A stretch of DNA of 63,420 nucleotides, counting the filler, from Dimorphilus gyrociliatus (Eukaryota; Animalia; Annelida), in NCBI GenBank assembly GCA_904063045.1. It is 4 parts of 4 records of this genome, joined end to end, with 100 filler letters (N's around TTAATTAATTAA, not from the genome) between each part and the next. Parts side by side here need not be neighbours in the genome. Positions count along the whole stretch, not along the records: positions 32,803 to 58,586 come from CAJFCJ010000220.1; 3 more parts are not named here. One strand, written 5' to 3'. Position numbers and translations under genes: made by a program. Below the pieces are notes generated by a model. It was not told where the DNA came from, searched no databases, and saw nothing but the letters and a program-made list of their open reading frames with translations. Of this stretch, positions 36,641-50,189 are shown in pieces (positions within the stretch are counted from its first letter, which is position 1; each line of letters begins with the position of its first letter).

Positions 36641-39600
36641 CATTGTTTAGAACTAGAAACTCATTTACTTAATATATTTTCTTTAACTGAAATACTGGCA
36701 CTTTGTTGATTAATTTCTACAAAATTACATTTTTTAAGACTATTTGTGTAGGAACTTGAAAGGTTCTATTTGTGTGAGTACTTTGGTAAATTGATAAATA
36801 ATTGGAAAGGACAAATACTGTTCCGAAGAAGCAGATATTCCTATGATTACAATACATAGGAAAAGCATATAGAATATGTACTTTGTTGTATTGTAATCAT
36901 AGGAATATCTGCTTCTTCGGAACAGTATTTGTCCTTTCCAATTATTTATCAATTTACCAAAGTACTCACACAAATAGAACCTTTCAAGTTCTACACAAAT
37001 AGTCTTAAAAAATGTAATTTTTGTAGAAATTAATCAACAAAGTGCCAGTATTTCAGTTAAGAAAATATATTAAGTAAATGAGTTTCTAGTTCTAAACAAT
37101 GTGAAGAATGGAAAAGTGAATTGATTGAATATGGTTTTATCAAAGAAAATAAAGACTTAATAAAGAAACCTACAATTAACACATTTGCTGACTGGGTTCA
37201 AATAGTCAATGAACACATTGGACAAGAAATGAACTGGATAAATAAGACAAATTAGAGTGGTTTATGCCTGTTAATTGTTGGTAATAATACACAAAGTCAT
37301 ACATCATCTTGAAAAACTCTAGATAAAAATGTTGAATGCATCAAGCTAAGAAGATATTTATCATATCCAAACTATTCAATAATGAACCTCCATATCAAGA
37401 CAGACACATAAGAGGATTAGGTGGACCAAGAAAAGAGTGTTAATTCCACATTGTACACTTTGGTTATATTTTACATGCTTGAACTCTATTATTTTATGCA
37501 ACATATACATGTACATCTTGAAACCTACGCAAGAAAATGCTATAACATGACCAAACATAAGTCTGATTAGTCAGTTTGAAGGCTCATCTTTAATTAACAA
37601 TAAAGGTTTGGCCAAGTTATGATTTAATTAACTTGCCTAGGGTGTGGCCAAGTTATAATTCAATTAACCTTCCTAAATGTTCAACCTTGTAACATCCTCT
37701 TACTAAACATAAATATGAACTACACATTTCGGCAACTGTAAAGTGATGATTGGATGTCAGAGGCAAACCTCAAAGTATATAAATCCTCACTATTCTCATT
37801 CTGCATGCAGCTTCCATCTGAACCCAAGGACCTGGAAAGATAACCTGGAAACAACTCCTCGACATTGGAAGACAGTTTGGTAACTTGGCAACCTGCTAAT
37901 ACAAACTATCTACTCTGCTATTGAACTCTCATATTGCACTTGCTTAAGTATTATTATTGTGAATAAACCATTTTAATTTAAACATTTGTTTAAAAGGTTT
38001 GAGTAGAACCAGTATTGTTATAACTTGCAAATGCATAGATTTTGCCAGCAAGAGCAGTACAACATAAAGCATTTGATTTATTAAAAACTGACCTCAAAGA
38101 GTCAAACTATGCTAATAAGATAATGCTAACAGACACAAATTATCAAGTTATTTCAAATATTGAAGCTATGAGACTGGAAAAGTTTCAAGGAAAAAAGAAA
38201 TCCTTTTTGAGAAATGCAAATGAAACAGATAAACAAAATATTGTAACTTATATTGATAGGGGGTGTAGGAGAAAACATCCAATTATCTATACCAAATATT
38301 AATCTCTAAACCGTTGTTCATATAAAAAATTACTGTTCATGCTTTCTCCTAAGTTATGGACATTTTCTCCTGTGGACGTTCTCTCTTGTGGACATTTTCT
38401 CTTTAGTTGTGGACGATTTCTCCTGTGAATGTTTTCTCTTGTGGACATTTTCTCCATAAACCAACGATTGGTATAGAGAAGGTGATAAAAGCTATGACAT
38501 GTTGCTAAAAACCCAATCAACACCAATAGTAAAAACACTTATTTTGGCAAAAATTATATTGCACCTGATATTTCGGATATAGATAACAATTACATTCTGA
38601 CAATGCTGAAAAATTCCAAATTGAAATCTACTACAAGATTCCGACCAGATGATTTCAGATTGAAGCACAAAGGATTATGAAGTTTAAATTTAATGGTCTC
38701 ATAATGCATATATAAAAAAAACAGGAAAAATTATTACATCAGTTATGGCTAACAAGCCTGCGTCTTCCACATCTGTTTTGAATGAGATATAAGAAGTTTG
38801 ACATGCATTTTTTCATATTGTTTGTTTCTTTGTTAATTCCATAGTGGCACCATCTGTAATGGTCAAAGAATCTATTTCCTACAGAATATAGATCTTTTTA
38901 AAGGTCTAGACTCTTATTCTACTAAATAAAAGTCTTTCTAAAGCTCCACAATTATAAATTCAATGAAATAACACTTTTTTCTAAACCTCCACCATTCCTC
39001 CACTCAAATCCTTTTGTTGTACTTTCATAGAAGGGTGAATTTTGTCTTTTACCCTTTGAGTTCCTCATTATTAATTTTTCTTTTTGTTTCTGTAAGCCCT
39101 CAATCCAGGATTTACTACTGCTCTCTTGTTGCTTCTCCTTTCAATCTGTCCTATCTTTCAGATCCTTTTTATCTTGTCCTCTGTCCTGGAGTTTTGTGTG
39201 CGGCATATTACCCTCTGTCTCTTTCATCTTCTTCACTGTCTGACTATCCATTCTTTTACTGAGGCAGGCAGTCAAATTTCACATCCCTTGTTTTGATTGC
39301 ACAAGCCATCTTAATTTATCACATTTGCTTTACTGGTATACTTTCGTCCTTACATGACTGCTTTTACTTTAACCCTAAATCCAACCCTTGTCTGTAACTA
39401 GCCTTTTGCATTACTCCAACTCTTATATGAGCGGTTACTGTGTGGTTTATACCGTCCCATTATACTGAGTTGTACAACTTTGGTTATATTTTACATGCTT
39501 GAACTCTATTATTTTATGCAACATATACATGTACATCTTAAAACCTACGCAAGAAAATGCTATAACATTGGCCAAACATAAGTCTGATTAGTCAGCTTCA

Positions 39601-42099
39601 AGGCTCATCTTTAATTACCAATAAAGGTTTGGCCAAGTTATAATTTAATTAACTTGCCTAGGGTGTGGCCAAGTTATAATTCAATTAACCTTCCTAAATG
39701 TTCAACCTTGTAACATCCTTTACTAAACATAAATATGAACTATACATTTTGGCAACTGTAAAGTGATGATTGGATGTCAGAGGCAAACCTCAAGTAAATA
39801 AATCCTCACTATTTCATTTGGCATGCAGCTTCCATCTGGACCCAAGGACCTGGGAGAATCATCTGGAAACAACCTCCACTGGAACCATCCATCTACTCCT
39901 CAACATTAGAAGACAGTTTGGTAATTTGGCAACCTGCTTTTACAAACTATCTACTCTGCTATCGAACTCTCATATTGTTACTTGCTTAAGTATTATTAAT
40001 GCGAATAAACTGTTTTAATTTAAACATTTGTTTAAAGGTTCGAGTAGAACCAGTATTGTTATAGATTTTGCCAGCAAGAGCAGTACAGAATAATGAAATT
40101 CTGAGTTGTTACTATGTGCTCAATTGTCAACCTTTGTGGATTATCATTTAGCTTTTTTTAGTTCTATTTTATTTTTCAAACTTACAATGAAGCTTAGCTA
40201 AAGCAGTACAACATAAATTTAAGTAGCATTAGTCAAAGGACTCAGTTCATCATTATTATTTATCAACCATTTCAAATACATCATTTTACAAATTGATTGA
40301 CTTGATTATGAAAATTTTTATAGACAAATAAAGTTAAATTTATCTCTTTTTTCTTTTAAATTTTCAAAAGAATGACAGAGCAGATATTTATTTTTAATGA
40401 ATTATGATTTGAAATTTTCATTCAACTTTTTTGTCTTACCAAAATGAAAGAAATTCATTGGAAGTTCACAAGCCAATACATTAATTATTGTAAATAATTC
40501 ACCAATTTGTAAATTTCCATAATCTTTTCAAAAATGTAGGTTTTTTGTGTAAGTGCATGGATCAGTTGTATCTAATCGCATAGTATAACAAAAGTTGTAC
40601 ATTACCAAATGATTTTATGGAATGATGTAGTTTGTATTTCCATAAATGAAAATTTTCCAACAGCATCAACATTAGCTTTTTTATTTCAATGTACACTGAT
40701 TTTTGTTTCATTATTATAATGTAAAAGCATTGCTGTTTAATAAATCTGTCTTTTTTTTCTGAATATTCAAATTTTTATAAGAAAGAGTAGTAGACCACTG
40801 ATTATTTCTTCATTTTTTGGCATTATCAATTAAGGATTATAGAAATAAAAAAAAAGAAAAAAAGAAACAATTGGGGGTATCAGTAAGCCTGATATCTAGC
40901 ATCCTAATCCACTAGTCGCCCAGAACTAAGGTAGAAGTTGCCCAGAGCTAAGGCAGAAGTCGCCTCAGTGAGTGAGAAAATATCAGTCAAGGTTGTACAA
41001 GAAAACACTTGTCAATCTTCAATGTAAATTTTGTCATAGCCAGATTTGAAATGTTCTGCTTTTACCTTTTAATGATATTATTTGCTGTTTTGCTTATTAG
41101 AATTTCCAGAACCAAAATGTCCTGCTTGTGGAATTTATTACAAGGAATACAATCTTATTCAATCAGATGTGGATAAATTAAATGTGACATTTTAATTCAA
41201 TGTTTTATAGAATTTGCAATAAAGTTCAGTCTGATCTGATGTAATAACAACATATCCTGTAATAAATGCCTGCAAGAAGGACATTACTTNNNNNNNNNNT
41301 GTTTTTTGTAAGTAATAATAGGCCTAATTTAAAGTTGTTGATAAAATGTAATTAATTTATGTTTTTGTTTTGGTTTTGAAAAAAATTTCAGTTTTCAAAC
41401 TGATCATAAAGAATTCTATGAAAAAAGATTTCCATTTTGTTTAAAATGTTTTAAAGTTAATTCTACTTGTGAGTTATAAATCTCATTGTAGGCTTAAATA
41501 TGAAAATTTACTTTCTTCAATTCATTGCAGACTTTTTTGCCTATTTTCAAAAAGGTAAAAACTGGTTGATGATCAGACAGAATAGAAAGAACTTCTTTAT
41601 TACAATGTCTTCTTTATTGCATGCCAAAAGTGATTTTTGTAAAAAAGTTGAATACATAAAATATGAAAACATTTCTACAAGCATTCCTTTGGCAGAAGAG
41701 GAATTAACTATTTATAAAAAATACAAATTAAATATCACACACACAAATGAATTTGAGGAAAGTAACACAATCTGGTGTGCAGACTATGAAATTCAAGATG
41801 TTTCTTTAAAAATTCTACCAAGTAATATCTTTATCCATGACTTGAGAGTCTATACTCTAAACTCTGTAATGGTCTCTTCAAGAACATATGGAGATTTCCC
41901 AGCTGTTTTTGAAAGTGACATGACTGTAGATAAAATTATTGGTTTTTCATGTAAATATACCAGTTCATTTTCTCATAATGGTGTTGAAAACATTTTTAGA
42001 AGAGAGAACTATTGGAGAAAGAAGGTAAGATGAGAGACAGACAGAGAGAGAGAGAAAGAAATGAGAAAATCAATAGACAATCTCTATTTATTACATATA

Positions 42100-45000
42100 G
42101 AAAAGTAAATGTTACAGTGGTGTGAACTATTACTTTGACTCGTCTAAAGACAATAATCTTTTATTAAGAAATTGCAAATGGGATAATTCTTATCTAGATG
42201 GTTGTAAATTGGAATATAGTACTTTGCCATATATTTCAATAGCTTTTAAATGCTTGGATAAAAAAAGTAAGGCTTAATTATTCTATTTCCTGTATGAAAT
42301 AACATAGATTTACTAACAAAAGATCCAAAGAATAAATTTCGTTGGTATAGTGCGCCTAGAGAAAAAAAATCTCAGTGTAAGAATGATTGTTATGGACTGT
42401 ACCAAGTGTTTGATTATTTCTATTGGCATACAATCTGTCCTGTTAATTTAAGACAATATGAAATAGATGTTCTATGTAAACAAGTAGGATTCAACCAAGG
42501 AACTATCTTGTTTCAACATTCATATATCTATCCAATGCCTTTGTATACTTATGGATCTTTGAGAATCTCTTGTAAATATCCAAATTCAACCTATGAGCAA
42601 TGCCAGAAACAATTCCTTTGTCCCTACTACAAAAACATTGTTAATTGGTTGTTATTGCTGTTTTGTTTTGGACTAAGTAATATTTTTATCACATTTTTTT
42701 TCCTCTTCAAAGGTTTAAGCCAAAGCCTGGATTTACAGATACAAAACAAGTATTTTTTACACCTATAATTAGGTGTATAAAGAAGGGAATGACATGTAGG
42801 ATACTCCTCTAGTACCATCTTCTAAGCATTTCCTTCTTCATTTCTTTCTTTATTTTAGTCTATTCAACAAAGGAAAATCTATTTTCATTTGACTTTTTAC
42901 AATATCATTTCTTTCAAAAAAAGTCCAAATATTCCCCTTATCATATTGATGAATTTTGTAGAAAGAGGAATCTCACTATGGCAGATTTTACAAATTATGA
43001 TGATTTAAAGAGAACAATTACAGTTTTAAAATTATCTCTTTTTAAAGAATCTGAAGATTATTTGGGCAGTTTTATTGAAAATAAATTGCCTGTTGGTTTG
43101 TATATATTACTTTGTTGCTATTGTTGAAAATGCCCACTAGTTAACAAAGATTTCTCACCAGTTATATAAAATGCCAACATGTCAAATGTAAGTTTCCAGG
43201 CTTTGTAGTATTAATGTAATTGTTTTGAATGTCTTCCAAAATCTTATAGAGCATTTTAGCATCACTAAAAATCCAGTGGGACATTTTCAACAATCCTCTC
43301 TACTTTTTTCCTATAATACTGAAAAATATCTTTTCTTCATTGTGTTGTTTTTTCAATAGTCTTTAAAACAGTAAATGACAGCAGAAATTATTCAAAACTT
43401 GTAACAACATCAAATTATCCTTTTGAATTGATATCAACAATCTATGAAAATCATATGAGGTATTTCTATTATTGCAGTTTGGTTTATATTTGAATTTTGT
43501 CTAAAGTTCTCTTATTATCGCTCACACAGAAGAGAATATAGATATTTCTGCACATTCCGGGAAAATAATGAATATTATTCGTCAAAAAATCGGCACTTGT
43601 TTGATATATCATCAAAATGTTATAATTTTGAGCTAGACTCAACAAATTTTGAAGACACAAAGTATAGAAAATTTCCTCAGTCCTCAGTTGAAGTTGTCCA
43701 TTGCAATTCACTTCTACATAGAAATTTCTTTTGCATATCTGGAAAATACAATAGATATACAGAAAATGATGTAACTTTTATTCCAACCAATTCACCAGGA
43801 GCAGGTTACTCATTTTTCTGTTAAAAACTATTTCCTTTTTGTTTTGCTTTACCCCCTGTTCTAAAAATAGAATTGCCAAATTATATCAATATAATTAATT
43901 ATGAATCAGCTTTTCATTGTTCCCACAATTTATTTCTGTGCAGTAAAGATGCATTTTGTATTAACATTGCATACATTTGTGATGGAAAGAATGATTGTAC
44001 AAATGGTGAAGATGAAACAGACTGTATACATTTGAAATTTACTTGTTCAAATGGTTTTCAAATTGGCTTACAGTTTGTTTGCAATTTTGTAAATGATTGT
44101 TTAGATGGATTGGATGAGGAAAATTGCAGTAATTTTAAAAAATAATGATTTTAAAACTACTCAATTGTAATGTATTATTAATTTAAAAATAGAAATACCA
44201 ATTTGTAATAAAAAAGAACTGACTAGGTTTGTAAAATAGTAAAGAAAAATTGTTATAGTCATATACATACCAATTTTTCTATCATATTTCAGTTGTAAAA
44301 ATGGTCAGTGTATTAAAAAATCCTACTTGTGCAATGAAGAATTTAACTGTTTTGATAAAAGTGATGAAAACTGTGGAGAAGATGAGTGCATAAAAAAAAA
44401 TGGAACGTTCTGTGATAATCAATGTATATCATTTGCTGATACATGTGATTTCAAACCAGATTGTACTCAGGCAATTGATGAAATGAATACTGCTATTTGT
44501 CTAAAACATGAGCAATACTATTTTGATTCCACTGGATATGAAGATAAAGAATTTTATTGTTTTAGAGATTGGGATAATGATTCAAATAGTCCTTGTAAAA
44601 TCATTTATAAATCTAATGAAAAACTATATTACCAGAATTTCTATCCTTGGAAATCTGGTGAAATTCTGTGTGAAAATCTATATTGTGATAAAGGTTACTA
44701 CAAATGTTTTTACACTGATGTTTGTTTATCTATTGAAGAGATTTGTGATGGAATTTCACACTGTTTCCATGGAGATGATGAATACAATTGTGGTAAGAGT
44801 GTTATAGTTGCGATAAAGAGTTCCAAATGCTTAATTTTTTCACTATTCTTCATAGAAAATTACAGTCCATGGGGTTTTTTTAAATGTAAAAATGAGAAAC
44901 GTTATCTTCGTATGACTTATATTTGTGATTCAATAGTTGATTGTTTTGAAAAAAGTGATGAATTATTTTGTGAGAGTCTGTTAAAGTGCCCTAAAAATTG

Positions 45001-46630
45001 TATTTGCACTAATGAATATACAATTGAATGTTCAAAACTATTGTCTGAATATTTTGCAATTACTGGACATAAAAGTTTACATTTGACAGACATAAATTTA
45101 TTCAATACCAGTTTATTGCCAAATTCACTGACAATAACATACCTTCAATTGATTAGTTGCAATTTAACAGAATTTTCAATAATCTGCAATTATCCTAATG
45201 TATATTACATTAATCTGGAAAAGAATTTGATTAAGACAGTTAAACTTGTACATTGCGCAAGAAAAGTTCAATACTTGAATTTAGCAAAGAATTTAATATT
45301 GTCAATTGAACAGAGTGATTTTCTAAAGGGATTAAATGGTGGTCAATTAAAGTATCTTGATTTATCAGGATATCAGTCAATATCTTTTAAGGAAGATAAC
45401 CAAGATATCTTTAAGTCTTTAACCAACTTATCTTATTTATATTTAGTGAATTGCAGTATATTGTATTTTAATAGTTATCTATTGAAACCTTTAAAGAATT
45501 TAAAGGAATTGCATTTAAATAATACAATCTTACCAGATATGTTTCCAGCTACTATTTTTCAAGGCTTAACAAAATTGGAAAAAATATTTGGAAATAATTT
45601 AAAACTATGCTGCATTGGAAGGAAATTTATTCCTTCATTAAAACAATGTCTACCTGACATAACAGCATCCTATGATTGTACTGATATACTACCATCTACA
45701 ATTTCAAAAATTCTCATCTTCCTCTCCCTTAGCATTTATTTCATATCAAAATTAATTTTGACTTGTCAATTCAAAAGAATTAACTTTTATGTGTTGAACT
45801 ACTCAAAAATATCTTTAACTTTATCAAATATCTGCCTTCTAATATATCTATCAATACTTATCACTGTTGATCAGCTTTATTCAGGTGTATATATTGAAAG
45901 TGAATATTACTGGAATGCCTCTGTATACTGCAAAATTATGACAGTTTTTACATCTATACTATTTGTATTACCTATACTTAGCAATTGTTTTTACATATTT
46001 CAAGTATTAAATAAAACAAATTGTAAAACAATTGTTAAATTCTTGCAAAAAACCTGTCAAAGGACTAGCAATTATCTTTGCTGTCTTATTCTGGTTATCA
46101 TGACAGTATTGATTGGTCTACTGCAAAATTCTTTAACTGAAGTATGATCATAATTAACCCTATAATTAAAAAAATAGCTTAGGCCTATTAAATCTTTTAA
46201 AAATTCTTTCAGAACAATAATTTAGGGTTTTGTTTCCTTTTGGTTGTAAATACTGAAGCAAAATTACACAAAATAACTCTTTTTCTAGTTTTATATGGAA
46301 TTTTGCCATTAATTCAAATAGTTTTTGAACTGATTTATGAGAGGAAAACAAAGAAATCATCATCAGGCATTATGTCTATGATCTGTTCAACTATTGTGAA
46401 TTTCTATGTTATTTCAATTACTAGTATCAGCATTGCCCTTTGGACAGAAAATGTAAATAGACAGTTAATAGGATGAGAATATTTGGGTTGAAGAATGTCA
46501 AATATCCTCATTCTTGAAAATTTGAATTTATAATTATTTGTTTTTCAACTGTTCAATCTCTTCCTTCAATCTCCTTCTCTTTTTCTATACAACAGATCTC
46601 TGTAACAATTTTTAAAAATCTATTTATTAT
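42100..46630 (+). CDS. GRL101-like LDLa/LRR rhodopsin-family GPCR with N-terminal SRCR and C-type-lectin-like modules; multi-exon, boundaries approximate
   Basis: SRCR: WHTICP..IDVLCKQVGF at ~42420-42500. CTL-like: YHFF..EFCRKRNLTMADF at ~42900-43000. Six LDLa repeats (e.g. ICDGKNDCTNGEDETDC), CPKNCIC cap, LRRs, then TM helices including GVY..W..SVYC. Short GT-AG introns, e.g. 44793-44855. Upstream exons probably include 41500-42033. Confidence 0.85.
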
Positions 46631-48769
46631 ATTGTCTTGCCAGAGACTTTGTTTAAGTGAATTTATAAAAATTACTCAACAATTGGTACAAATATACATA
46701 AGAAACTTTTCCTACAATTATAAAAGGTTTAAATATTTTTTAAAAATGTTTTAAAATTTCATTATCATGGTTTTTGTTTAGAAAGAAGGTTTTAAAATCT
46801 AAACTTGACACTTTGTTGGAAAAACGTTAAGTTATTTTATTTTACTTAAATTATGAAAATAATATAATAATATTTTAACAACTTTTCTTCCAGGTAGACA
46901 TTTTGTTTTACATAAAAAAGACAATTTCATTTATTATGGATGCAATTTTCATAAAAATTCATCATCTTTAATTAATATGGATAAAGAACAGTTATTGAGT
47001 AGTTTAAACTATTTGAAAAATTTATCATTTTTTTTGAAAATTTACCATGGCAATAATTTATTTTTTTTCCAAAATTATAAACAATCAGTTGATTTTATTA
47101 ATGTAAGAGCCAAATATAGATATTTCTGTTGTCATTGAATAGCTGGGTATGACATATAGTTGTATAGGTTTAAATTTGGCACTTTGCCAAGGCTAGTGGT
47201 TATGACCACCCATTACATATCTTTAGGTGATGAATAGTTAATCTTTGAAAGAAAGAGGATTACCTGTTCAAAAGCATGTTCAATAGCTATTTTATTGTCA
47301 TTTTTTTAATCTTTTGAATGAAAGTCTTTTGTCAACAGATATTTGAATTGAACTCCAATTTATTTTTAAATTCTATGAATACAGTTGGACAAGAAAATGA
47401 AAAGAAAGATGTCTATATTTATGGCAAGATTATTGAGCAATATTTGAGAAAAAAAGGTCACTTTAAAAATTGATTAAAACAATGGATTATGATTTGTTTT
47501 TGCTCAAATTTTTTATAATAGACAGTACATTTATCTTGCTTACTTTTTGCAATCAATGACTTATCTTTATTTAAATTCATTCTAATGTCCTATTATAACA
47601 ATATAGGGTTTAAGTCTATATATATTATACTGTTAAACTGTCTTTAAAAACTTTCCAACTAACAAATAGAAAGAGTTCAAAATAAAAATATTTTCAATAA
47701 AAAATTTTTTAATTAATAATAAACAAACAAAATTGCAATTTAGTTCATCAGTATTCAAATATACTTGAATTTTGTAATCAACATTAATGTTTTCCAAGAT
47801 ACAACCAGGAGTGAATTTGGCAATTTCCATTTTCAACAAATGTAAATATGTATATAAATGTTATTGGTTCTCTACTACTAAGTAAGTATATATATAGAGA
47901 GAGAACCAATAACACTTAGATACTTGAACATCAATATTCAGTTTACAAAGTTTGTGGTAAGATAGTCATAGCAAGTATCTATACCTTTTAAAATCTCTTT
48001 TTAAAAATTAGGAAACTTAAAAAGAAAAGATACAAAATGCTTCTACCCTAACCTAAAAATAATTACCAGGTCAACCTCAAAAGCCTTTCAGTAGTTATGA
48101 ATGAATGAATAATTGTAAAGACAGAGTTAGGTCGATTGATTGATTAGGCTCTTTCTATGCACTCAGTCTTGATTCTGCAAAAGAAAATTTCAAAAAGTAT
48201 AATTGACTGCTTTAACAGAGAATTTATTGACAAATTAAGCAACAGGTTGTTTCAGTGAAGGCTGTTTCCAAATGACCTTCTCAGATAATTATATTGAGAT
48301 ACACTGGTGGAATGAAACAGTAAAGATTTATATACTTTGAGGTTTGCCCCTTGAATCCAATTATCACTTTGCAACTGCTAAACTGTCTAGTTCATATTTA
48401 TGATCAAGAATCTATGTTTGGCCAAAAGTTATTGCATTATCTTACAAACACATTTGTCAGACCCATTCTATTATAGATAGGTAATATTCAATATTGAAAT
48501 GAAAAAGCTCAATAAATAATACATATCCATAATCACACACATGCAAATGTTTGCATTAAATCTTCATTGTATTATTGTATCATTTCACATTGTAAAATAA
48601 ATAAATTTGACCTTATTATTCCTGATAATGCTATTATCAATGAAATTGATTCACAATGTTATCTAATTGAAGTGAAAATCACAAGATTTAGTGTTGTAAA
48701 TTTAGAACTTATGATTTTTGTTAAATCTGAAAGAAATTAAAATTGATTTGGAGATTGTTGTATCATGAT

Positions 48770-49230
48770 TGTAGGAATTTCATTCTTGTCCCAAATGTAT
48801 TTGTCCATACCACTCATTTAATATTATGCCAAAGTACTTGTCCAAATAGAACCTCAAGTTCATCCACAAGTATCAACAAATGAATGATATTTGTCCAAAG
48901 TTTTATATCAAAGTTTCAACAAAAAGGCAGTATTTTCCAAATAAGATATGTATTGAATACTCTGAGCTTTTATCTCTAAGCAAGCAGTTAGAAAACTAAG
49001 CTAACAACTGTTAAATTTTAAGGGTTTATATACTTTCCTAAGACTTTAACAGTTCACAATTTCAAAGTTTCAACAATCCAAAGTAACATTTTAACACAAT
49101 TGAAAGTTCTAAAAATGGTTCCACCTTTAATTGATTTCATTCATCCTGAGTAATTAGGTCAAATAAATTTAGATGGTCAGCTTCTTTCATAAGATGTAAC
49201 AATTTTGGCAACATTCAATTCAATACTATG
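48770..49230 (-). mobile_element. Copy of an unidentified dispersed degenerate coding repeat (other copies 52090-52560 + and 36640-36886 +)
   Basis: Shared DNA such as aaaattgttacatcttatg and ttctatttggac.agtactttggca; the best shared frame reads GSIWTSTLA..IGKD.Y...EIP.I.IQQS. Confidence 0.6.
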
Positions 49231-49439
49231 ATACCATTTTTCAGTTTCTTTTCCAACAACAATTTCATCTGGAGTAACTCTTTGGAATGTATATTTAACT
49301 CCACCAACAACAACACCATTTTCCTGTGTTCATAGAATATATTGCTAATAAAATGAATGAATCCCATGAACTCCTCGTCAGTAGCTGTAAGAAGTGTCTA
49401 TTATTAGTTGAATAGATTGGGAAAAAAAACAAGCACAAA

Positions 49440-49865
49440 ATATTACTATTCTCTTACTTCAGTTTTGTGTATTTAATTTTTTGCTGACCCTCCAAACTTC
49501 AAACATCCCATCTGATGTTAATAGTCCCCAAACCATTGTCTTAAGGCCTGCATCTACCTCCAACTCATTTAAAATCTTCCCTGCTGTCACCCTTTCCTTA
49601 TTTTCTTAAGCCTCTTTACAATCCTATTCATTCTTGTTACATCTCTTTCTGTAAGTCTCTTTGGACAACCTCTATTCTCTGATTTGGGTGGCTTATATTT
49701 TATAATATTGCTTATGGTAGACTTTGCCATTCTCAAAGCCCTTGCTGTTTCACTTACTTTTCCAAGTTCATTGTATTTCTGGATTATCAGGTTCCCAACA
49801 TCTTTACCACATAACATAACTATATGAATGATATAAAAATTATAAAATGTAGGTAAAATAGACAA
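49440..49865 (-). mobile_element. Tc1-like transposase remnant with internal deletion
   Basis: Paired-like HTH (SETARALRMAKSTISNII..RGCPKRLTERD) followed by an MVWG motif. Confidence 0.7.
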
Positions 49866-50189
49866 AAAGTAAAGAATTTAACTTTAAAAATTAAATTTGT
49901 CTAAAAAATTTACTGTTTAAGATGTCTATTTAAATGCAAATCTGGATGTCAATTTTGATTTATGGCCAAATAAAAAAAATTAAAATTACTAAAAATTTCT
50001 ATCTGTTAACATTAACAAATATGATGATTTTCTCTATTGCCTTTTAGTATTTACATTAAATTAACTCTTTTCTCATGGGAATTTACACAAAAACAACAAA
50101 TTTAAAACAAAGATAACATTTTTGGATTGTTGTCAAAATTGGCCTATTAAAATTTGTGGTGTTTGATTTTTTAGTCATTTACTTTATGC

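Larger units (their letters stand above)
32803..40913. repeat. Large inverted duplication (arms 32803-36856 and 36887-40913, 30-nt spacer)
   Basis: The scaffold start agtggattaggatgctagatatc is the reverse complement of the sequence ending at 40913. ORFs are mirrored (35203 vs 38299, 35432 vs 38042). The arms differ mainly by small indels. Confidence 0.98.

Noticed and set aside
36857-36886. SMRTbell or other adapter at the palindrome centre
   Set aside because: The loop is AT-rich genomic sequence that partly matches the repeat copy at ~52535-52552 and does not look like an adapter.
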